Source: Lingula anatina
Lineage: Eukaryota > Animalia > Brachiopoda
DNA: 64,000 nt
Direction of reading: 5' to 3'
Assembly: GCA_051362555.1 (NCBI GenBank)
Contig: CM120640.1
Coordinates: 60,180,788 to 60,244,787 of the forward strand
Shown here: positions 42,001-53,127 of the stretch, piece after piece
How positions within the stretch are numbered: position 1 is the first letter of the stretch
Layout: each line of letters starts with the position of its first letter
Program-made: the position numbers and the translations under genes
The notes under the pieces: model-generated
The model's database searches: none
Told to the model about the DNA's origin: nothing
Seen by the model: the letters and a program-made list of their open reading frames with translations, nothing else

Positions 42001-44383
42001 GCAAAATCATTACCTTTTTTTCAACAAAAATTTTCCAAGCTGTATACCAGCAAAGTAAATAGCTAGATAGCCACTACAAGAACAAATCCCTTCACGGTTG
42101 GCACTAACAAAACTTTTGCGATCATCATAGTCCATAGTTCTGCCATATATAACATATTCTGTAAGGTTCCACTCACTTAAAACATACTGATAGAAAATTG
42201 CGATGACTGCTCCTATCATTCCAGGGTATTTGTTTGGAAGTATATTTAGAATAAGTGTGGATAAAACCTGAAAATAAAGGACTCTGAATGGATAAATTCT
42301 TCAGGATAACAAGTATTCTGTATATAAGATTCAAATTTGTTTGATTTTAAACTAAAAATGCAATAAAAGTAAAATCAAATGTTCCAATAAAATTGGAGTT
42401 GTAACTTTTTCTCATGGAATCATTTTCTTTATACATATTACTCTATTATTATGGAATATAAGCTTTTTTAACCATTCACCTTAACACAAGCCAATGTAAA
42501 AAAGAAATTCCAATGGACCCCATACTCTGTCACATGTTCGTGATAGTTGGTACTTTTTACAGATACAAATCTTGCTACTCCAAGGAGGAATAGAGGTACA
42601 GATGACATGACAGACTGGAGAACATTAGTGTAGATGTTCAGCAAACTCCTGGAAAAGTAGATTTAGTACAGAACAGCAATTTTCATATTACTACAGACAA
42701 CAATTAGCCAAAGCAACAGTACAAAAAGTACATAGTAATGTGTATCTCAGAACTTTTAAATTACAACCCTATTGCTAATATTGGCTCATACAAGATTATA
42801 TTTATAGTATACATGTACATGTAAGAGCAATTTCACAGTAATTTCCTTCTACATATCATCTCTTCTCTTTCATTTCTTCTTCATATTTATTTACATTTGA
42901 GAGGTGCAAACACTTATTTCTTACTCTTGAGTAACAAAAAGTTGAAAAGTTTTAGTTGGACAATAGGGAGGAGAAAATACTGAAGAATCGCCTGTTGGAA
43001 AAATATATTTGATGAAAAAAAAACAAGGAAATCAAAAGTCCAACTTCCTGAAAATATTAACCTTCTTCCTAATTCTTTGCCCCTTGCTTCTGGAGAAACA
43101 ATAGCATTAGCAATGACAAAAGATCCAACTCCAACATCCATGAGACCCATTCCATATAACTCAGTCTTGGCAAACCGCCTTGGAAATATAGCAAAGTCCA
43201 CAGCCAATATGGTTACTGCAGTGGCAATATTCACATATGCGCGGAAATTTGATATAAACATAATTTGTTTTTCAGTCCGTATATCTAAAAAGTTGCAGTC
43301 AGGTTTCTGCTGGCTAGGCCTCTGGTCTCTTATGATAAGGAGCCCAGCACAGGTACAAAGCAACCCAGTGTACATCATAATTTTGTGGTCTGCCAGTACT
43401 GTGCAACCAAGTAGAGTGGGCAACACAATGGTGACAAAGTCTATGATGAATCTGTAATAATAAAGACTGTTTTATATTGTATACAAATCAAATAAATGTA
43501 TTAAATCACAAATTTACTTTGCCTATATAGACTGTACAGGAAAAATCTAAGTGACAGAAGCAGGTACAAACAATTAATATGGCACAAAACATAAATTCCT
43601 CACACTTTATATTTTGATACTTTTTATGTGATTGAATGATTACGTTTTAATATTACTTAGAATGTTTAGAATGTGGTAATCTCTGTGGGTATTTATAAAC
43701 TGGATATCCAAAATAAGGCCTTGGCCTCATCTCAACATCAAATGTGTGAGAGAGAGTCAATGTACATAAAAAAACTGCTTTCATAACTGCTATACTCCCA
43801 CTATACTGACATTCATTGACAACACAATGTCTGGTCTAATCATCTGAATTAATATCATATTATATATTTTGATGTTCCAGGCTTAAAATGGATCTACAAA
43901 GTCATGAACTAAATATGGCGGACGTACATGAAAGAAAAACCGCCTAATCTTTTAATAGTCTCTCCGTCTCTCACACGCCTCCCCACGCGTTGTCCCTGCG
44001 GGGGTACAGTCATTAAATCTCGGCTCCATTGGGACGACACATGGGGAGGGGTGTGAAAGGTGGGGAAACTATTACAAGATTAGGCAGTTTTCCTTTCATG
44101 TACATCCGCCATATTTAGTTCGTGACTTTGTAGATCCATGGCTCAACTTGATGTGAATGCAGTCTAAGACTTGCCAATGGGCAGAAGTAAGGTACCTATT
44201 TGCTTGACTGTCTGTCACTCTGTTCCTTGTTCCAATGAACAGCCATGTAGACACTAAAGCATAGAGAAACACAGAGAGTGGTGCTACTGAAGCTATCACT
44301 GTGATCTCCCATGGTGATGTCCCATTGTTATGACTGACAAAATCTTCATGTTGCTGCTTGTAGGTGTGTCGTTCTCCAATCAT
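36008..44383 (-). CDS. PIGW: GPI inositol acyltransferase PIG-W (GWT1), 7 coding exons
   Basis: Exons 44196-44383 ([16 protein letters not shown]), 43062-43451 ([32 protein letters not shown]), 42480-42648 ([19 protein letters not shown]), 42014-42267 (ANREGI), 41568-41709 ([10 protein letters not shown]), 37187-37283 and 36008-36243 ([24 protein letters not shown]). Phases are consistent. Confidence 0.95.
36659..37000. mobile_element. Kolobok-like MITE
   Basis: ttaa|AGGCCAACTCCATGGGATTTTCC ... GGAAAGTCCCATGGAGTGTCCCT|ttca (degenerate TTAA TSD). Confidence 0.6.
38981..40740 (-). mobile_element. Non-autonomous Helentron (HINE/DINE-1-like) with internal tandem repeats
   Basis: Sub-TIR ATTGTACCACCAGC at 39016-39029 and its reverse complement at 40726-40739; hairpin gaggcgataccgcctc; minus-strand 3' end CTAGT in a T-run; repeated gtaggtcaaaggtcaatttcaaggtcac. 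Confidence 0.8.
41140..41445 (+). mobile_element. RTE-clade LINE 3' end (decayed)
   Basis: Frameshifted [38 protein letters not shown], typical of the RTE C-terminus. Confidence 0.65.
43888..44139. mobile_element. Foldback MITE, near-perfect palindrome of about 250 bp
   Basis: atggatctacaaagtcatgaactaaatatggcggacgtacatgaaag..ccgcctaatctt is mirrored on the right; flanks ggcttaaa / ggctcaac may be a decayed 8-bp TSD. Confidence 0.8.
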
Positions 44384-44595
44384 TTTAGTTTCCTGAAGTC
44401 TAAAGGAAAAACAAAGCGTGAATTCATAAATGAATGGGGGTTTAGCAAAATAAGTAATATCATACTGCAACTAACTGGTAGTAATTATGATGTGGGGAAT
44501 AATGACACTAGGGGGTATCGATATGGGGATGTACAGATGAGAGGGATCAAAAGTTGAGAGCTAGTCTAATAATTCCTTCTAGCCCTCCCATTAAA

Positions 44596-45005
44596 CAGAC
44601 CTTCCAAACCTCACAGATTTGCTGTGAGATTCATGGATTTAACTTACATCTGCATGGTATACCAGTGGGTGAACATCTCATGGATTGTTCAATATTTCTC
44701 ATGCAAAATTGCAACCAAATCTCCAAATAAATAACGGTACTGCCGATTGATAATGAAAACAACAGCAAAGCATTCGAATATCTTCCTAAAGGCTTAATTT
44801 GGAATAGTTTTTGTGACTTAAGCTTATTTCGTTGTCTTGCATTACACCCATCTGTCTTAAGATTAATAAACAGGAAAGGTAACAGATGTCTCCTTTGAAA
44901 ATAAGAATGCTTTACTGTACTCTTCCAGATTTTGACCAAATTTCAAGGTTTTTTGAAAAAAAAACTCGGAATATCTCCATTTCTCTCAGAGGTGGGGAAG
45001 GTCTG
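44596..45005. mobile_element. TIR MITE (hAT- or P-like)
   Basis: TIRs CAGACCTTCCAAACCTC / GAGGTGGGGAAGGTCTG; flanks cattaaa / cattaca (possible 7-bp TSD). Confidence 0.6.
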
Positions 45006-45120
45006 CATTACATGTATAATAAACTTACTACCGGTATTTAGTGCTAGCACTATACTAAATATTTAATACAATGTGACAAATTCATACGTCAGCCTCGATT
45101 AACCCTATAATTTGTTTTTA

Positions 45121-45124
<4 letters not shown>

Positions 45125-45188
<64 letters not shown>
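45125..45188. repeat. (TA)n microsatellite
   Basis: Directly visible. Confidence 0.95.
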
Positions 45189-45192
<4 letters not shown>

Positions 45193-45762
45193 TAGGAATG
45201 TTAGTCTTATACGCCCACAAAATGCATTAATCTAGACAAGATATTGAGATTATGCAGCACAAGAAGGCTTCTAATCTGAACAGCACACTCGGTACTTGCA
45301 CTTAAAGATAAAATATGCAAACTTATTTTACCCCGCTTATTTATGAACTTTTCATATGGACATTTCATCTAATTAAGAAATGATTGTAACACCCATTGAT
45401 AAGTTGAATCCTGTGGCCGCCGTTCCATTTATAAAGTAGATCAGACGCACGTACATATTTAATATCATATTAAATACGAAACATATTTTAATCAATAAAC
45501 AATGTATTTTCTTTAGAATTATTGAATTTTTAATTGGTTTAAAGTCACTTATAAATATTGTTGTGTTTTGTAAGGTGTCTTATTCTATACTTTACAAATA
45601 AAAATAAACACAGTGCGCTCAATTTTAGGGGTGCCCATCTAAACAAGGGATGCTGGGATATGTTATGATCGGCATGTGTTTCCGTCAGAATGTAGTTTTG
45701 ATAATTGTTAGCTGAAATTTCCGAAGGATTTGCCATCTATGCACACAATCCAAAAGGGGAAC

Positions 45763-48700
45763 ATGGTAGAAAATCGCTGTCATTATTTTGATTTTTCTTT
45801 GAATTTGAGGTTTTTCCTCTCAAATCAATTGTTTCTTTTTTGTACTATGTACTGTGTAGATTAGTGTAGATCGGTCCCGTGTAGATTGTAAGTCGGTATG
45901 ATAGTAGATGTGAGATAAATCAATTTGGATACTTTTACCTCTCAGCTAGTAAAAAGGGCTGAGCATTTGCCCTTAGACTTACATTGTATACACTGTATGC
46001 TGATATTCCCTTGTCCGTTTTCTGCCTCTATAACTCCTATTTTTACATTATTGACTGAAAACAAATTTCAGAGCCTCTGAAATTTTGTAATTTACATTTG
46101 CTGCAAACAAGTACTCTTGTCCCTTGAAATAGGAGAATTCAGTAAATACAAGCTATTTTTGTGTCAGACAGTGGATATGTGTATATGAAAAAGCAAACAG
46201 GAGTGCTAAGTTAGCACAATTGTTTGCACGAGAAAAAGTCTTTGGTGAATGTTTGTAGTGAAGTATATATTATATCTTATTCTTATTAAGAATCTTAACC
46301 GTTTCTTTCCCTGAGGTTTCTAATGCCCTAGATTTGTTGAAGAAGTTTTATGCACTCCAGGAAGAAAGAGTCCAAACATACCAACTATTTGATGAGTATG
46401 TGGTTGCATCTTTTTTTGCATACAACTGTATCTAAAACTCTTTCTAATTCATGCTTTTTATGTACAGACACAGATGTGTCTGTACATATAGCCATCATCT
46501 GCGTCTGTCGTCGCCGTCGTCGCCGTCATCGCCGTCGTGCACTTTTACCGATAACACGATAAGTGGAACACCGTTTTTGCTTTTGGCTTGAAACTTACAG
46601 AACTGATAAATATTCATAATACGCAGGTCAAGTTCGAAAATCAGCATGATCGGGCCATTTTTAGGGAAGTTATGCTGTTTTTTCACTTTTTTCAGCATAT
46701 ATGCAGCACCGATAACACGATAAGTGGAAAACCATTTTACTTTTTGGCTTGAAACTTACAAAACTGATGAATATTCATAATCCGCAGGTTAAATTCGAAA
46801 ATCAGCATGATCGGGTCATTTTTAGGGAAGTTACGCTGTTTTTTCACTTTTCTCAGCATATATGCAACACCGATAACACGATAAGTGAAATAACATTTTA
46901 CCTTTTGGCTTGAAACTAAGAGAACTGATGGATATTCATAATACGCAGGTCAAGTTCGAAAATCAGCATGATCGGGCCTTTATTTTAGAAGTTATGCTGT
47001 TTTTTCACATTTCCTCAGATTCAATTATTAGGCATGTTAACAGTCTCATTATTTAACTAATAAGATACGTAAAAGTGTTTGTTTGATGTTTCCTGCATCT
47101 TTACAACATTGTTAATTGATTGTGTAAAAATGATGGTAAACTTGTTATCGTGTATTGTGAAATAAAGTGTCAAAAACGGTAATAAACTCATCATTGCAGT
47201 TTGTCAGATTCAATCATCCACTATGTTCAGAATCTCAGAATGGAGGAAATTGGACATTAAACACTGTTCTATTGATATTTTTCCCATCTCATCAATTTTC
47301 TTAGTTGGTCATATAAAAATGGCAACAAACTGTTTATTTTGTTTTATGTTAAAAAAATGTTAAAAATGGAAAGAAACCCATTTCAGAACAGTGCTGTCTT
47401 GTTTACATTTTGGCATTTTTAAGATGTGACTTTGAAGTTTCATGAGCCTGCAGACCTTTGCTAATCACATTTTCTGAATATCCATGATACTAATATTTTA
47501 TGATTAAAAATTGATGGTCATTATGCTGTTAAACATTATGTAATATTGCATCAAAATTTGAAGAAACCCCTATTTTGGGCACTGCTCCCATGATGACCAT
47601 TTAAGAAAAACCATGTCACTTACTTTTTTCAAACTTACAGGAAAGAAACATAGGGCTAAAGTACAGCTTCAGTAGGCAATGCAGTCTGTTTGGTAATTTT
47701 TTCTGGCAGTTAAACAGTTTTTTGTGAAAATTTAATTTTTCACATGTTGGCATTTTCAAGGTGTGACTTTGAAGTTCCATGAGCCTGCAGACCTTTGCTA
47801 GTCACGTTTTCTGAATGTTCATGTTACTAATATTCTATTATTAAAAATTGATGGTCATTATGCTGTTAAACATTATGTAATATTGCATCAAAATTTGAAG
47901 AAACCCCTATTTTGGGCACTGCTCCCATGATGACCATTTAAGAAAAACCATGTCACTTACTGTTTTCAAACTTACAGGAAAGAAACATGGGGCTAAAATA
48001 CAGCTTCAGTAGGCAATGCAGTCTGTTTGGTAATTTTTTCTGGCAGTTAAACAGTTTTTTTGTGAAAATTTAATTTTTCACATATTGGCATTTTCAAGGT
48101 GTGACTTTGAAGTTCCATGAGCCTGCAGACCTTTGCTAGTCACGTTTTCTGAATGTTCATGTGACTAATATTCCATTATTAAAAATTGATGGTCATTATG
48201 CTGTTAAACATTATGTAATATTGCATCAAAATTTGAAGAAACCCCTATTTTGGGCACTGCTCTCATAATGACCATTTAACAAAAATCATGTCAATTACCG
48301 TTCTCAAACTTACAGGAAAGAAACATGGGTCTAAAGTACAGCTTCAGTTGGCAATGCAGTCTGTTTGGTAATTTTTTCTGGCAGTTAAACAGTATTTTGT
48401 GAAAATTTAATTTTTCACTTATTGGCATTTTCAAGGTGTGACTTTGAAGTTCCATGATCCTGAAGACCTTTGCTTGTCACGTTTTCTGAATGTCCATGTT
48501 ACTAATATTATATTATTAAAAATTGATGGTCATTATGCTGTTAAGCATTATGTAATATTGCATCAAAATAGAAGAAAACACAATTTTTGGTGCTGCTGCT
48601 ATGATGAGCATTATGGGAAAACCGTGTTATGACTGTCAAACCTTTAAAAAAGAAACACAGGACTAAAATGCAGAATGAGTTGGAAAAGCAGTCTAATTGG

Positions 48701-51700
48701 CTTCTTTTTCTGGAAGTTATACATTTTAGTGAAATATTCATTATCTTTTTGGCATATTCATTGTGGGACTCGGAGCTCCCATGGACATGAAGCCAAATGG
48801 TAATCAAATTTTCTACATGTCCATGCTATTTATTGTCAATAATCAAAGTTTGGTGATAATTATTCTATAATTTATTATGTAATGTTACATCAAAATTGAC
48901 AACAATATTTTTGCATTGCTACTGCAAACATTATGAAAAGAAAACTGTGTTACTTTTTATTATTTTTATCTTACAAGTATGATTTTTAGGATTGGCATGC
49001 AGTTCAAATTAGAAAGCCAGGTCAATTGGGTTATCATTTATTATTGAATTATTGAATTTATGCAATTTTATGTGAAATTTTCATTTTTCTCATTCTGGCA
49101 CTTTCTAAGTATAAACTTGAACTCTGATGGGCCTGAAGCCTTATGCTTTTACTTTCGTCGTTGTTACCTGTTGTGCATAATTAAAATTTGATGTTGACTG
49201 TGCAGTAAAACATAATGTATTATTGCATCAGAATTGGTAGTCTCCTATTTTGTGCATTATTGTTTTGTGCTTTTCTTAAGATGTGACTTATGGGCCTGAA
49301 AGACCTTTGAGAGGGTCAGTCTGTTAATATCCCTTGGGTATCACTTAGCTAATTTCTGAGTTATAAAGTCATTTGCCTAATTGATAGGCCAATAAAGGAG
49401 ATTACATAAAGCACACTTGTTGATATTTCCTTGTAAACTCCCAAAAGTTAAGCTCTCTGCTAGATTAATATTAAGGAAGCAGTGATAATTATGCAGGTTA
49501 TTATATATATATATATAATCAAAGATTAAAAGTTTGAATAGCAGCTTCATTGAAATTATATTTACCTCAGGCTCTGCCTTGGAGGTTATATTTTCACCCC
49601 TGTTTGTCTGTCATCAACATAACTCAAAAAGTTATGGACCGATTTTGCTGAAATTTTCAGGAACTGTCAGAATTGGGCCAAAGAGGACAATGATTAGTTT
49701 TTAGTGGTGGTCTGGCTCAATAATCAATCAATAATCAACAATAATCAACAATTGCTGCCTTGGCAGAGGTCTGCACTCTCGGTGGTTTTCTAGTTTTGTT
49801 ATGTTTTCCTTTACAATTTTTTCTCAAACACTTGCATTTGTGACTTTTAACTCTCATCCGCTCGAGGCTCTGCACATTTTCTGTATTTCCACATAAGCAA
49901 TTGTATTGTTTTTATGTCTTTAAACATTATATAAAATTATTTTATGCACTGTCATCATTTTTCAAATATTGAGACTTTCATCATGTGACTATAGTCTCTC
50001 ATGGTCCTGAAACTGTAATCTTATTGAAGGGGTGGATTGAGACCATCTTCTGGGTCTTCTTGAAGACAGGTTATTAAGTTTATATTGACTGGTATCTATT
50101 TTTTCTGTTGGAAGACCATCAAAATGGAGGATGGATCAACATAGATACTTTGGAATACTGTCAGAAAATATCTCAGGGTCCGCTCCTGTTATTGACCATG
50201 TTACCTGTTGTGCATGATTAAAATTCAGTGTTGACTGACAGTGCTATTATGAGCATTATTTATTATTGCATCAAAATTGACAAAATGACCTTTTTTTGCA
50301 TCTTTATTTTCTGTTTTTTGTCTGTACATTTGACAGCTTTGCTGCCTTGTTTCTTAGAGCTTTAAAAATGTTATTGATAACTTTAATAAACCTACCAAAT
50401 AGTCATGTACAAATATATTGCCTCAGTATTAAGACTTTCTGTACTTCTTATCTGTTTTAACCAAATACATCATCACTGATGTAATTTAAAACTAGGATTT
50501 GACCAGCAAAGCGAATTATGTTAAAGAATCTACACACTGTTTCAGCAGAATCTAATTGTCAGTGTCATGTTGTTTTTCAGAGGATTTCAAGCATATTTAG
50601 CTGGTGCACCAGAGTACAATTTTCCAATGTATAGGCAGCTTGTACATGAAATCACTGAAACTTTTAAGAACATTTCTGAAGAAATAATCGGGATTGAAAA
50701 GAAATTGCGACAAGACCATGGTTTACCAGCTGTTGGAAATTATATTGTTAAAATTCAGGATGACGAAAAACTGAAATTGGAGTTGGTATGTGTCTTTTCA
50801 TGTAAAAAAGTCACTTTTTAATTAAACACTTGATGTCTTTATAGTAATCTTTTTTGTTCCATCTTTCAAATGTAGGTATACATTAGGTACATGTAGGTAT
50901 AGCCCATTGCAGTTTCCAAAAGACATGCTGCATCCTAACAGAATAATGGAATTAATACCTTTTCTCTCAAGGTGCATTTTGGAGTTAAGTAAAGATGTGA
51001 GGAAATATACTAATATTTATATCTTTCCAGTAGGCTTAATCCACATGATGAAAAAATAGTGCTAAACACAGTTTTTATGGGTTTAAAACTCAATTAAGAT
51101 CAGTTAGTACAACAAAACAAGGGTAAATTCCATTTTGATGACTAAAACTTGCACGGCTACATGTAGGTTCATTTGAAAGTAATATTTCACTGTTACCTAA
51201 AAAGTATATCTTATTTATTGTGCTGCATCTGGTATTGTAAATGTAATAGATAAAATGATAAATAAAAGTATGTCTTCCTTTTCAGACTGCCAAGCTACAG
51301 ATAGATGCTCAGAATGTTGTGGATTTTCCGGAAGATGATAGTTACAAGGAAGGAATGCAGTCAACCAAACAAAGGTGAAAGGGATGACTGAGACTTACCC
51401 TATAATATATACTAGTCTAAAAAAAGCACAAGTTTTGCTATGACTGGGTTCCCTTGCCTAGTTCGATCCATCTGGATCAGTCTAACTCCCTGGGGAGTCT
51501 CACTAAATTGCTCTCAACTTAACCAGCTTAAATGTCTGTCATGCCTACAAAATCAGCTAGGGGGAAAAGATAATTACCCCCTAACAGTTTACTGTCACAG
51601 TAAAGATGCCAGTCAAGGCAAATTGCCGACATGCCTAGGCAGGATTGAAATCTCACTCAGGGAAGATGTAAATCCATGCAACCCCCACCTTACTTCCAAT

Positions 51701-51848
51701 ATATGCTTTATGGATTTATGCATAGGGTTAGTTTATTTTCAACTGTTCTAACATTTTATGTCCCAATTTCAGCTTGCGGCAGGTGATAGACAGAATAAAC
51801 GACCACTTAGAAGAACTGAAATACGAGACAGAAGATCTTTATACGTAG
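45763..51848 (+). CDS. REX1BD: Required-for-excision-1-B domain protein (C19orf60-like); start exon uncertain
   Basis: Exons 46316-46395 (LLKKFYALQEERVQTYQLFDE), 50581-50785 (GFQAYL..YNFPMYRQLVHEITETF..IQDDEKLKLEL), 51286-51374 (TAKLQ) and 51773-51848 (INDHLEELKYE..*). Candidate first exon ends ATG|GT at 45763-45765. Confidence 0.8.
46547..47010. repeat. 161-bp tandem repeat, 3 copies
   Basis: accgataacacgataagtg at 46547, 46708 and 46869. Confidence 0.9.
47410..48800. repeat. Tandem repeat of about 337 bp, about 4 copies, decaying outward
   Basis: gtgactttgaagtt at 47426, 47763, 48101 and 48438; more degenerate copies extend to about 49300. Confidence 0.9.
49561..49794 (+). mobile_element. 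Short HINE nested in the large HINE
   Basis: ttacctc..gccttggaggttatattttcacc..tgtttgtctgtc..aactcaaaaagttatggaccgatttt..ccttggcagaggtctgcactctc..ttctagtt. Confidence 0.7.
51440..51555. mobile_element. Decayed copy of the 34139-34337 MITE family
   Basis: ctccctggggagtctcactaaattgc..cttaaatgtctgtcatgcctac resembles the reverse complement of 34240-34315. Confidence 0.55.
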
Positions 51849-53127
51849 GATTGAAAATACTTTGACATATCAATTGGACAAGTAACAAGCTGTGATTGGT
51901 TCAGTGATGTATATCGTCTAGAGGACATTCTATGACACACCGCATAAATGGTCACTGTAGACTTAAAGCCCCCGCCCCCTCTACAACTTGCTCTCAGACA
52001 TTTTATCTGGCCTGATGATGACAAATTGTCAAAAGTGAGTCCTAATGTAGAGCAACCTCAAAATAAACTAATATCTTGACAATACATGGAGGTAAAGTTT
52101 GAAAATGCACTAATTATTGATGCAGCTTCTAAATATTTGTGTAACTGTTGTAGATCACCAGACTATTTGAACCATCATACACTTTTTTGAATAACCGAGT
52201 AGAAATGCTTTGAATGTCAGTTTTGAATATTATGGAACAAAATTCTATATGGACACAATATGTACTAAGTGGAGTAGGCAAATTTGGTGAAAATTTCTAG
52301 TTTTAACCTTTTTTTTTTTTTTTTGCTTTATTCATTCCTTTTTTTTAAAGGACACATAGTGAGAGTGAATGCCCTTTTATGTATGTAAATTATAAGAATC
52401 AGTTTCTTCCTACACATTGGGCATTTTGTCATACCTCCAGAAAATCGATACTTGAACATATGTAATTTTCATTGTGCTAAGTTTAGCCCTCTCCAGTTTC
52501 TGCCACTCATTTTATCATGCTATTGCACAAACAGCATTAATGAAAAGACTAAAAATTTCAAAGAGCAGTGCCCAAGATGTTTTGGGCTGACAAGTGATTA
52601 ATTTGGTCCGTCTTTTGGCACCTTGACTTTATTCAATTCATATAAGAAACCAACTTGGAAATGGTTCAACTTATTAAGATGTAGTTGGAAAGGATTCTTA
52701 TATTTTAGTTTCTAAGCATTCTTTAACTCTCAAACAAGCACTCTTTGACCATGAAACTATTAAAAAACCATTTCTTTTTTTATTTTATTTTATTACACCC
52801 GAAATATTAGGTTAAAATTATATTATTATACAAAGAGTTTATACAATTGTTCCCAATATTTCAAGCAGAGCAATCATGCTTAGAGTTAATCTTGGGTTTA
52901 CATACAAAAACATAGTCACAGTCTGCATCAATGATCATTTATGTCATTTCTCCTGTATTTGGCTTCTAATGCGGCATCACATCTCGCCACTGTCATCTTG
53001 TCACAGAAAGTACACACAAACACACATCTCGCCCTCTGTACAAGCAGTCCTAGTTCACAGATGTGATGTTGTTGCATTGGTGATTCTGCTTGCATCCGAT
53101 GTCCTGGCAATGCTAGCAGGTCCTTAC

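Larger units (their letters stand above)
46457..50351 (+). mobile_element. Large non-autonomous Helentron (HINE) filling a REX1BD intron, with two tandem arrays
   Basis: 5' hairpin tatgtacagacacagatgtgtctgtacata, then a (GTC)n microsatellite. 3' sub-TIR tgtctgtacat (50319-50329), short hairpin gacagctttgctgcc and cttgt|tt end. Confidence 0.75.

Noticed and set aside
46547-48800. Regularly spaced repeats as a CRISPR-like array
   Set aside because: The units are contiguous tandem copies with no unique spacers, in a eukaryotic intron with no cas genes.
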